Shown here piece by piece: positions 1 to 7,521 of a stretch of 60,159 bases of DNA. A program made the translations under genes and the position numbers. How positions within the stretch are numbered: position 1 is the first letter of the stretch; every line of letters starts with the position of its first letter. A model generated the notes under the pieces. The model was not told where the DNA came from. It saw nothing but the letters and a program-made list of their open reading frames with translations, and did not search any database. Origin of the DNA: Gemmatimonadales bacterium (GTDB lineage Bacteria > Gemmatimonadota > Gemmatimonadetes > Palauibacterales > KS3-K002); the NCBI GenBank assembly GCA_050050535.1, contig JASFTY010000001.1, forward strand, positions 1-60,159, in the 5' to 3' direction.

Positions 1-1
1 A

Positions 2-1237
2 GCCGACGTGCGGCAGATCGGGAAGAAGTTGGGCGTTGCCTACGTAGTCGAAGGCAGCGTCCGCCGCGCCGGCGACCGGCTGCGAATAACCGCCCAGCTC
101 ATCGATGCCTCGAACGGCTATCATCTGTGGTCGGATCGCTTTGATCGCGACCTCGGCGACGTCTTCGCGATCCAGGACGAGGTCGCCGAGCACGTGACGC
201 GCCAGATACTGGCCGAGATCCCCGCAGAATTGGAGAGCCTGGCAACACCGCGAACCGAGGACCTCGACGCCTACGACGCGTACCTCAAGGGCCGGCATCA
301 GCGGCACCTGTTCAGCCCCGATTCCGTCGACCGGGCGATCGCCTGGTATACCAAGTCAGTAGACGCCGACCCCGAATACGCCCCGGCCTACGCCGGCCTC
401 GCCGAGGCCTACACCATCCAATCGATCGGCTTCGCGACGCGACCCAGCCGCGAGACCATGCCAAAGGCGCGTCAAGCCGCGGACAGGGCGCGCGAGCTCG
501 ACCCACGCCTCCCAGACGCCCACCTCGCCCGTGGGCTCGTCGCCATGTTCTACGAGTGGGATCACGAAGCGGCCAAACGCAGCCTCGATCGAGCCATCGA
601 GCTCAGCCCCAGTTCGGCGAACGCCTACATGTGGTCGGAGTTCTACTGGACTTACGTTCAATACGACTACGACGAGGCGCTCGCCGCCATCCGACGCGCC
701 ATCGAGCTGGACCCCCTCGAGCCGTCCTACCGCGAACGGCTCGCCTACGTTCACCTGCTCTTCGGCCGCTACGACGAGGCCGAGCGACTACTGAGAGAAC
801 GACTGGCGAGCGGTCCCGTAACGCCGCTTCTCCACTCGGGACTCGCCGACACGCTATCGCGCACGGGTCGGCTGGCTGAAGCCGCCACTCAGATCGACAA
901 GTGCCTCGAGCTGAGCGGGCGGCTCATCACGTTCCTCGCGGTGGCTAGCGGCATCTATGCCGTGAAGGGCGAGACCGACAGGGCTCGGGAGCTGTTTGCC
1001 GAGCTACAGGAGCACGCTCATCGCACGGAGGTATCGGAATTCTGGCTCGCGATAGCTCACGCCGGATTGGGCGACACGGACGAAGCGTTCGCCCGTTTGC
1101 GGCGCGCGGTGGAGAACCGAGACAGCAATCTACTCTATTCGGCCGCCCTACCTCGGATGCTGGGCTTCCACGACGACCCGCGCTTCGCCGATATTCTGAG
1201 ATCGATCGGCCTGTCTCACCTCATCCCGTTACTGTAG
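2..1237 (+). CDS. TPR-repeat protein, C-terminal portion (5' end outside window)
   Basis: The frame of ORF 8..1237 stays open to the window edge. LGVAYVVEGSVRRAGDRLRITAQLIDASNGYHLWSDRFDR resembles the TolB-like module that precedes TPR arrays in cyclase/kinase-associated regulators. The rest is repeated TPR-like helices. Motif recognition only. Confidence 0.7.
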   Translation, partial: ADVRQIGKKLGVAYVVEGSVRRAGDRLRITAQLIDASNGYHLWSDRFDRDLGDVFAIQDEVAEHVTRQILAEIPAELESLATPRTEDLDAYDAYLKGRHQRHLFSPDSVDRAIAWYTKSVDADPEYAPAYAGLAEAYTIQSIGFATRPSRETMPKARQAADRARELDPRLPDAHLARGLVAMFYEWDHEAAKRSLDRAIELSPSSANAYMWSEFYWTYVQYDYDEALAAIRRAIELDPLEPSYRERLAYVHLLFGRYDEAERLLRERLASGPVTPLLHSGLADTLSRTGRLAEAATQIDKCLELSGRLITFLAVASGIYAVKGETDRARELFAELQEHAHRTEVSEFWLAIAHAGLGDTDEAFARLRRAVENRDSNLLYSAALPRMLGFHDDPRFADILRSIGLSHLIPLL

Positions 1238-1259
1238 GGCCCCTGCCGGAGGCTGGCCC

Positions 1260-3146
1260 TCAGGGCGCTGCTGTCGCCTCGGGGCCGTTCCAGTCACTGA
1301 GTGCCTCGAACACCCGCAACGCGAAGTCGACCTTGCCGAACGGCGCACTGACCTGAACGCCCTGTGCGTGGGGCTCGAGCGCCTCCACCATCTCGCGTGC
1401 GATAACCAGACCTTCCTGCGTCGCCGCGTCCTTGCCGCGCTCGGAAGCGCGCTGCATCCGAGAGAGGATCGCGTCGGGCACAACGACACCGGGCACCTCG
1501 TTGGCCATGAACTCGGCATTGCGGTACGAGACCAGGGGCCAGACGGCGGCGATGGTCGGGATGCGCACGTGCTCGGTCTTCTCAAGGAACGCCAAGAACG
1601 CCTCGACGTCGAAGACCGGTTGGGTCACCGCGAACTGCGCCCCGGCGTCGACCTTCCACTCGAAATGATGGATCTCGTAGTCGGGGTCGACCGACGCGTG
1701 ATTCACGCCGACCCCGTGGAAGAAGCTGGTGGCGGAGCCTAACGAGTTGTCGCTGAGGTCGAGTCCCTCGTTGAGCTTGCGTACCAGGTTGGTGAGCCCG
1801 ACCGAATCGATGTCGAAGACCGCGGTGGAGTCGGGGTACGGTCCGTGCTTCGGCGGGTCCCCGGTGATGATCAGCAAGTTCCGCAGACCCAGGGCGTGCG
1901 CGCCCAACAGGTCGCTCAGCATCCCCAGCAGGTTGCGATCGCGGCAGCAGTAGTGGGGTATCGTCTCGAGCCCCACCTCGCGCTCGATGATCGCGCAACT
2001 GGCCAGCACACCCATTCGCATCATCGCACGCGGGCCGTCGGGCACGTTCACCGCGTCGACGCCAGCCGCCTTGAGCGCCCGCACTTTCTCCAGCACATCG
2101 GAGGGATCGCACCCCTTCGCCGGCAAGATCTCAACGCTCGTTGCCAACTCGCCGGCCGTGATCTTGCGCCCGAGCCGCGAGCGCTCGGCTGGGGGGACAG
2201 GCTCGACGCCGGGTCGCGTTTCGCGCCGTTCCACCTCGCGGACCGCACCTACGACCACCGTGTGCCGGCCGGGTCGCAGCGCCCTGACCTGAGCGGCCAT
2301 AGCGTGTATGTGCTCGGGCGTCGTCCCACAGCAACCGCCGATGAAGCGGGCGCCGGCCTGAATGAGTCGGCGCGCGTACTTGGCGAAGTAATCGGGCGAC
2401 GCCATGTAGATCTTACGGCCTTCGATCTCGCGTGGCAGACCGGCGTTCGGCATCGCCGACAGCGGTCGATTCGTCATCGCCGCCATCTTCTGGATCGCCT
2501 TGAGGATGAGCGCCGGCCCCACGCTGCAGTTGAGGCCGATGACGTCGGCGCCCGCCTCGTCCAGGTGCATGGCGATCCGCGCCGGGTCGTAGCCGTACAC
2601 CGTATTACCGGTCGTGTTGATCGCCATCTGGGCGATGACCGGCAGATCGGCGGCGTCACGGCAGCCGAGAATCGCCTGCTCGATCTCCGACAAGTCGGCA
2701 AACGTCTCGATGATGAAGACATCGACGCCACCGTCGGCCAGCGCCGTCGCCTGCTCGCGGAAGAAGCCACGTGCCTCGTCAAGCGCCGTCGGGCCGTACG
2801 GCTCGATACGGATGCCCAACGGTCCGATCGAGCCCGCCACGTAGCGATCGTCGGCGGCGATCTCGCGCGCTATCTCGGCACCGGCTCGGTTGATCTCGTA
2901 GACCCGGTCACCCAGACTGAACCTATCGAGCCGCACACGGTTGGCGCCGAACGTGTTGGTCTCGAGGACCTCGGCGCCCGCCGCCCGGTAGGCGCGGTGC
3001 ACGTCACGCACGAGCTCGGGACGCTTCAGGTTGACCTCGTCGTACGAGACGTTGATGAAGACACCGCGCTGATACAGCTCGGTCCCGATGGCGCCATCGC
3101 ATAGATGGGCGTGCCCGTTCTCGATCAGGGCCCTGAAGTCCGGCAT
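1260..3146 (-). CDS. Bifunctional homocysteine S-methyltransferase / 5,10-methylenetetrahydrofolate reductase (YitJ-like fusion)
   Basis: The N-terminal half (GAIGTELY, ETNTFGAN, GLNCSVGP, GGCCGTTPEHI) matches the homocysteine-binding S-methyltransferase domain. The C-terminal half (NVPDGPRA, IPHYCCRDRN, LLIITGDPP, QPVFD) matches MTHFR. I moved the start to ATG 3146 (MPDFRAL), which has a GAGGGGA SD 8 nt upstream. Confidence 0.85.
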   Translation of the reverse strand: MPDFRALIENGHAHLCDGAIGTELYQRGVFINVSYDEVNLKRPELVRDVHRAYRAAGAEVLETNTFGANRVRLDRFSLGDRVYEINRAGAEIAREIAADDRYVAGSIGPLGIRIEPYGPTALDEARGFFREQATALADGGVDVFIIETFADLSEIEQAILGCRDAADLPVIAQMAINTTGNTVYGYDPARIAMHLDEAGADVIGLNCSVGPALILKAIQKMAAMTNRPLSAMPNAGLPREIEGRKIYMASPDYFAKYARRLIQAGARFIGGCCGTTPEHIHAMAAQVRALRPGRHTVVVGAVREVERRETRPGVEPVPPAERSRLGRKITAGELATSVEILPAKGCDPSDVLEKVRALKAAGVDAVNVPDGPRAMMRMGVLASCAIIEREVGLETIPHYCCRDRNLLGMLSDLLGAHALGLRNLLIITGDPPKHGPYPDSTAVFDIDSVGLTNLVRKLNEGLDLSDNSLGSATSFFHGVGVNHASVDPDYEIHHFEWKVDAGAQFAVTQPVFDVEAFLAFLEKTEHVRIPTIAAVWPLVSYRNAEFMANEVPGVVVPDAILSRMQRASERGKDAATQEGLVIAREMVEALEPHAQGVQVSAPFGKVDFALRVFEALSDWNGPEATAAP

Positions 3147-3180
3147 TGATTTTCCCCTCGCGCGAGGTGGCCGCCCGACG

Positions 3181-3218
3181 AACAAGAAACGCGACCTCGA
3201 GCATGAGCACGGGTCGCG
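3181..3218 (-). promoter_or_regulatory. Candidate leader attenuator hairpin upstream of the HMT-MTHFR gene
   Basis: Minus strand CGCGACC-(15 nt)-GGUCGCG is followed directly by UUUCUUGUU and ends about 34 nt before ATG 3146. This is terminator-like geometry inside a 5' leader. Confidence 0.3.
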
Positions 3219-3399
3219 TGGAACTTCTCCGCCCTGGAAGCCGCCGCGGCTGTCTTGGACTCCGCAGCGCCCGGCTCTTTAGCACTTTTTTTTCGGTGGT
3301 TGCAAGCGGCCACAAATCAATCCACCATGTCCCCTAAGCTAGGGCCGCCCTCGTCGCAGTCAAGCCAACGGCCGGTTGGCCACGTACACAGGAGCTCCT

Positions 3400-3522
3400 A
3401 TGGGGAAAGGCGACCGGAAGTCGCGGAAAGGGAAACAATGGCGAGGCTCTTACGGTAAGCGGCGCCCGCGCCCGGGCAAGAAGGCCAAGAAGCGGGCCAA
3501 AGAAAAGGGATCGACTCGGTAG
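3400..3522 (+). CDS. 30S ribosomal protein Thx (bTHX)
   Basis: 40-codon ORF MGKGDRKSRKGKQWRGSYGKRRPRPGKKAKKRAKEKGSTR with a GGAG SD at 3391-3394. It closely resembles Thermus Thx ([26 protein letters not shown], from memory). It is below the 60-aa cutoff of the supplied ORF track. Confidence 0.85.
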   Translation: MGKGDRKSRKGKQWRGSYGKRRPRPGKKAKKRAKEKGSTR

Positions 3523-3584
3523 GCGGACCCCGGTCCCACCCGGCGTGCGCGGGCAGCCCCAGCCCACTCGGTCGCATACTGCCT

Positions 3585-4193
3585 ATGTCCAGCGAGACAA
3601 TACTCCGCATCATACTCGCCGCGCTCGTCGTGATCGACTTGAGCCTGCCGCGCTACTTCAAACGCAGGTATGCCGCCCGCGGCCGGCCGATCTCGGACGG
3701 CCTCGCCCGGACCCTCATGCCTGAGCGTCTCTTCACCATCGCGCTCTACGCCGGCCTGTTCGCCTTCATCATCGACCCTCACTGGATGGCTTGGTCTCAT
3801 CTGCAGCTGCGCGGCGGCCTGCGCGCACTCGGGGTGCCCCTCAGCGCCGCGGGACTGGCCGGGCTGACCTGGGCGTTCCGGCACCTCGGTCACAACCTCA
3901 CCGCCGGCCTCGGGGCAGGTGCGGACCGCACACTGGTCACGACCGGACCCTACCGCTGGGTTCGCCACCCGATGTACAGCGCCTGGGTCGTTCTCCAGCT
4001 CGGGTACTGCCTGATAACCGCCAACTGGTGCATCGCCTTCCTCTTTCTCGCGGCGCTGGCCGCCGTCATCCGCCGCACACCGGCCGAGGAGGCGGGGCTG
4101 GCGGCGCGATTCGGCGACGATTACCTGGACTACACGAGAGTAACCGGTCGCTTCTTCCCGTATCTATTGACCCGGCTACGCAATAAGGGGTGA
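3585..4193 (+). CDS. Isoprenylcysteine carboxyl methyltransferase (ICMT/PEMT) family membrane protein
   Basis: Multi-TM protein with TTGPYRWVRHPMYSAWVV and EEAGLAARFGDDYLDY, both typical of the ICMT/phospholipid methyltransferase family. Confidence 0.75.
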   Translation: MSSETILRIILAALVVIDLSLPRYFKRRYAARGRPISDGLARTLMPERLFTIALYAGLFAFIIDPHWMAWSHLQLRGGLRALGVPLSAAGLAGLTWAFRHLGHNLTAGLGAGADRTLVTTGPYRWVRHPMYSAWVVLQLGYCLITANWCIAFLFLAALAAVIRRTPAEEAGLAARFGDDYLDYTRVTGRFFPYLLTRLRNKG

Positions 4194-4230
4194 CGTACAG
4201 CTGGGTCGTCGCGATCGAAGGTGCGATCTC

Positions 4231-4875
4231 TCAGCCCACCTGGGGGCGTGGTAGTGTCTTGATCTTGCCGAGCAACGTGTAGCCGCCGGCGAACAGGCGG
4301 CCGACCGGCTTCAGCGATTCAGTCTCGACGTGGTAGGCGCCGGGGACGAATCGAAGCTCGGGCCCGAGCCGCACGGCCAGCACCTCTCCCAACACGAGGC
4401 TATTCGCTGCGGTCCCCAGTTCGACCTCCCTGTAGAGCCGGCATTCCATCACGGCGGGACAGTTCTCGACGAAGGGCGCTCGAACGACCGACCCCTCCGC
4501 CATCGGCAGGGCGGCCACCTTGAACTCATCGACCTCGGGCGGATACTCGCCGGAGCTGGCGTTCATCGCTTCCAGCTGTGGCTCGGTGACCACGTTGACG
4601 CAGAACGCACGCGTGTCCAGGATGTTGCGGAGCGTGTCCTTCGGTTCGCCGGCGCGCCAGCCGATGGAGACTCCGACGAGCATCGGCGTGTCGGCCAGCG
4701 GGGCGAAGTAGCTGAACGGCGCCAGGTTGGGGGTGCCGTCTTTCGCAAAGGTCGAGAGCCAGCCGATCGGCCTCGGCACAACGAGCGACGTGAGGAGCTG
4801 GTAGCGCTCCTTGCCCGAGATGTCGGCCGTGCGAATCAGGCGACGTTCGCCTTTCCCTGATCTGTCCTTCGGCAT
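4231..4875 (-). CDS. Flavin reductase-like FMN-binding domain protein
   Basis: YQLLTSLVVPRPIGWLSTFAKDGTPNLAPFSYF is the signature N-terminal block of the flavin reductase domain family. Confidence 0.8.
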   Translation of the reverse strand: MPKDRSGKGERRLIRTADISGKERYQLLTSLVVPRPIGWLSTFAKDGTPNLAPFSYFAPLADTPMLVGVSIGWRAGEPKDTLRNILDTRAFCVNVVTEPQLEAMNASSGEYPPEVDEFKVAALPMAEGSVVRAPFVENCPAVMECRLYREVELGTAANSLVLGEVLAVRLGPELRFVPGAYHVETESLKPVGRLFAGGYTLLGKIKTLPRPQVG

Positions 4876-5018
4876 CTGTCATTCCTCACTGCAGCGTGCG
4901 ACGACGAGTGCTGCCCGGAACCATTCCCCCACCAAGATAGTAACACATTCTACCGCTCTCCCCGCATGCCCGTTGGCCGTCGGCTGCAAACCGTTCACGA
5001 GATGAACGAGGAGCCAGG

Positions 5019-6440
5019 GTGCCTGTGAACCCGGATCCCGGCGACTTCCCCTTCCGCCTCGACCTGATCCCCGGCGAGCTTGCGGCGCGCGTCTGGCTGC
5101 ACCGGGTCGACTCGATCCCTTGCTGGTCGTATACCAGCGAGGGGCTTTCGGCGCACAGCCAGCGCGAGTTGATCCTCACCGTGAGAGTCGATCCCGGGGA
5201 GGGGCCCGCCGACTTTCCCAAGGAACCGCTACGGGTCTTCGTCGAACTGCTGCGGCTCGCCAGGGCGGGCAAGCGCGTGGGCTCCGGTGACACCACCGAG
5301 CTCGGCGGGAGCGGGCTCCTGGGCCACCGGGGCATCGTCTATACCTCGATACGAGAGCACTTCGACGGCGTCGACTTCCCGGACGGGCTCGCCGCCATCC
5401 TGATCAAAGACGAAGAGGTCGACGCGGCCATGACCTTCGGCATTACCCGGGTACTCGGCCGGCTCGGCCAAGCCTACTCGCATTACCCCTGGCCGCCCTG
5501 GGCCGATCGCACACGGCCCGGCCTGCCGATGGCCCGGCTGCTGGAAGACAGTATCATCGCGCAGCTGACCCGCATCCACGCGCCCGGGATGACCGCATGT
5601 CTCGAGCGCGAGCGGATCGTCCTCCGCCTGACCGAAGAGAGCGGGGCCTATCTGCTGCAACAGCTCGCCGCGTTCCCCGCCAGCTCGCCCCCGGTTCTCC
5701 TGACCGAGCTCGAGCCCACCGCCGACGGTTGCTTCGTGTGGAAGCCGGGACAGTCCGGGGCCAAAGCGATCACGGCGCCCAACGCGACCGGCGCCCGCCT
5801 GAGCGGTTGCTTCCTCGCGCTCGCCCCCGGACAGAGCGAGGACGAAGGCCTGATCGTCGAAGACGGGCTCATGATGTCGCTCAGAGATTCGTCGTGGCGG
5901 GCCATAAGGGACGGGCTCACGAGCCTGAGCCCTGTCGAAGTCCGACCCAGCAACAGTGGGTTCGGCTTCGCACTCGAGTGGCTCGCCCGTGACTACCTAA
6001 GCCCGATCGACGGCCTGACCTACGGTGCCGAGGCGGGCTGGCACGTCCACCAGCCCGAAGGCGCGCCGGCAAAGAAGGCCAGCGGGCCCACCGACCTGAA
6101 GCACATCGTACTGCTCGCACCCGACCACGAGGTCGCGCGGCGCGTGAGAGTGGATGAGCTGGCGAACTATATCGACACGATCAAGACCACAGTCGTCGGC
6201 TATTTCGACAGGCAGTCGCCGGACGCCGGACAGGAGCTGATCCTACAGTTCGAGATCGAGCCGGGTGAGTGGAGCGCCGTACTGAAGATGGCTTCACGAC
6301 CCGGCATCGCCGACGCAATGCTCCAGCAGCTCCACGACGAACTGAGTCAGCTGCCGAGCCCGAGCGTCACAGGCGGACCCGTAGCGTTCCAGATGGTCTT
6401 CGCCATTTGGGGCGGCCCCACAGACTACGGGGATGAGTGA
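5019..6440 (+). CDS. Hypothetical protein with possible N-terminal SUFU-like domain
   Basis: GTG start with an AGGAG SD 6 nt upstream. CWSYTSEGLS...ELILTV...PLRVFVELLRLA...DFPDGLAAILIKDEEVDAA follows the pattern of bacterial Suppressor-of-fused-like proteins (weak call from memory). Its stop overlaps the next start by 8 nt. Confidence 0.45.
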   Translation: MPVNPDPGDFPFRLDLIPGELAARVWLHRVDSIPCWSYTSEGLSAHSQRELILTVRVDPGEGPADFPKEPLRVFVELLRLARAGKRVGSGDTTELGGSGLLGHRGIVYTSIREHFDGVDFPDGLAAILIKDEEVDAAMTFGITRVLGRLGQAYSHYPWPPWADRTRPGLPMARLLEDSIIAQLTRIHAPGMTACLERERIVLRLTEESGAYLLQQLAAFPASSPPVLLTELEPTADGCFVWKPGQSGAKAITAPNATGARLSGCFLALAPGQSEDEGLIVEDGLMMSLRDSSWRAIRDGLTSLSPVEVRPSNSGFGFALEWLARDYLSPIDGLTYGAEAGWHVHQPEGAPAKKASGPTDLKHIVLLAPDHEVARRVRVDELANYIDTIKTTVVGYFDRQSPDAGQELILQFEIEPGEWSAVLKMASRPGIADAMLQQLHDELSQLPSPSVTGGPVAFQMVFAIWGGPTDYGDE

Positions 6441-7512
6441 GACGCCTCAGACTCGCGAGCGGTTCCGCGGGCTGCTGATCGGTACCGCGGTAGGCGACGC
6501 GCTCGGCCTGCCGGCGGAGGGCATCTCGAGGCGTCGCGCCCGGAGGATGTTCCGTGGCCGCTGGCGACACCGCCTCCTGTTCAAACACGGCATGGTGAGC
6601 GATGACACCGACCACGCGGTCCTCGTCGCCCAGTGCCTGCTGGCGCACCCGCGCTCGACCGAGCACTTCGCGCGCCGCTTGGCGTGGTCGCTCAGGCTCT
6701 GGCTCCTATCTCTACCGGCAGGGATAGGCTTGGCCACCCTGCGCTCGATATTCCGGCTCTGGGCAGGTTACCCGCCGGCGCGGAGCGGGGTGTACTCAGC
6801 CGGGAACGGGCCCGCGATGCGCGCCGCCCCGCTGGGCGGTTTCTTCGCCGACTCACCAAGCCAATTGGACGACTACCTGAGCGCCGGCACGCGCATCACG
6901 CACACCGATCCACGCGCGCTGACCGGCGCTAAGGCGGTGGCCTACCTGGCCGCCTGGTCCATCGGGGACCAGCTTCGCGAGCGTCCCGGCATCGACGATC
7001 TACTGGCCGTCATGCGGCGCGCCGCTACCGACGCGGACCGGGAGTGGCAGGAGTCGCTCGAGCGTCTGCGTCGTGCGGCCGCGAGCGGCCTCTCGGTGGG
7101 TGAGTTCGCCGCGTCTCTCGGACTGGGTGACGGCGTGGGCGGCTACATCTACCATACCGTTCCGGTGGCGGTCTATGCCTGGTACAACCACTTCGGAGAC
7201 TTCGAGGCCACCGTCTCCGCCGTGCTGGACTGTGGCGGCGACACCGACACCGCCGGAGCGGTCGCCGGCGCCCTGGCCGGTGCGGCCCTCGGCGAGGGTG
7301 GAATACCCCTCGATTGGGTGGATGGGATCGTCGACTGGCCCCGAGGCGTGACGGTCATCCGTCTGATCGCCGATCGGCTCGCTGCGGCCGGGTCGGAGCG
7401 GCGCGGCCAGCGTCCCGTCCGCTACTTCTGGCCTGGGCTACTCCTGCGGAATCTCTTCTTCCTGATCGTCGTACTGGCCCACGGTCTGCGGCGGCTAGCG
7501 CCACCCTACTGA
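6433..7512 (+). CDS. ADP-ribosylglycohydrolase family protein with C-terminal hydrophobic tail
   Basis: RFRGLLIGTAVGDALGLPAEG, SDDTDHAVL and GGDTDTAGAVAGALAGAALG are the canonical ARH/DraG metal-binding blocks. The last ~35 aa (WPGLLLRNLFFLIVVLAHGL) look like a membrane anchor. Confidence 0.85.
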   Translation: MSETPQTRERFRGLLIGTAVGDALGLPAEGISRRRARRMFRGRWRHRLLFKHGMVSDDTDHAVLVAQCLLAHPRSTEHFARRLAWSLRLWLLSLPAGIGLATLRSIFRLWAGYPPARSGVYSAGNGPAMRAAPLGGFFADSPSQLDDYLSAGTRITHTDPRALTGAKAVAYLAAWSIGDQLRERPGIDDLLAVMRRAATDADREWQESLERLRRAAASGLSVGEFAASLGLGDGVGGYIYHTVPVAVYAWYNHFGDFEATVSAVLDCGGDTDTAGAVAGALAGAALGEGGIPLDWVDGIVDWPRGVTVIRLIADRLAAAGSERRGQRPVRYFWPGLLLRNLFFLIVVLAHGLRRLAPPY

Positions 7513-7521
7513 GGCTCGCTG

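Noticed and set aside
1845-3104. Long ORFs on the opposite strand or in alternative frames of clear genes. Examples: 1845..3104, 19450..20445, 19781..20755, 24843..25715, 29034..30362, 30531..31691, 36633..37484, 37584..38498, 40319..41557, 48607..50088, 57407..58333 and 58544..59479.
   Set aside because: Each lies fully inside a gene with strong family motifs. The translations are Arg/Gly/Pro/Ala-rich low-complexity strings, typical of stop-codon-poor shadow frames in GC-rich DNA.
3230-3330. Tried to call a canonical SAM-I (S-box) riboswitch in the yitJ-like leader.
   Set aside because: Only scattered fragments match (GGUGGA, GCAACC, GUGCUAAA). The GAGGGA/K-turn region and a P1 helix could not be found. 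It is kept only as an unclassified candidate.
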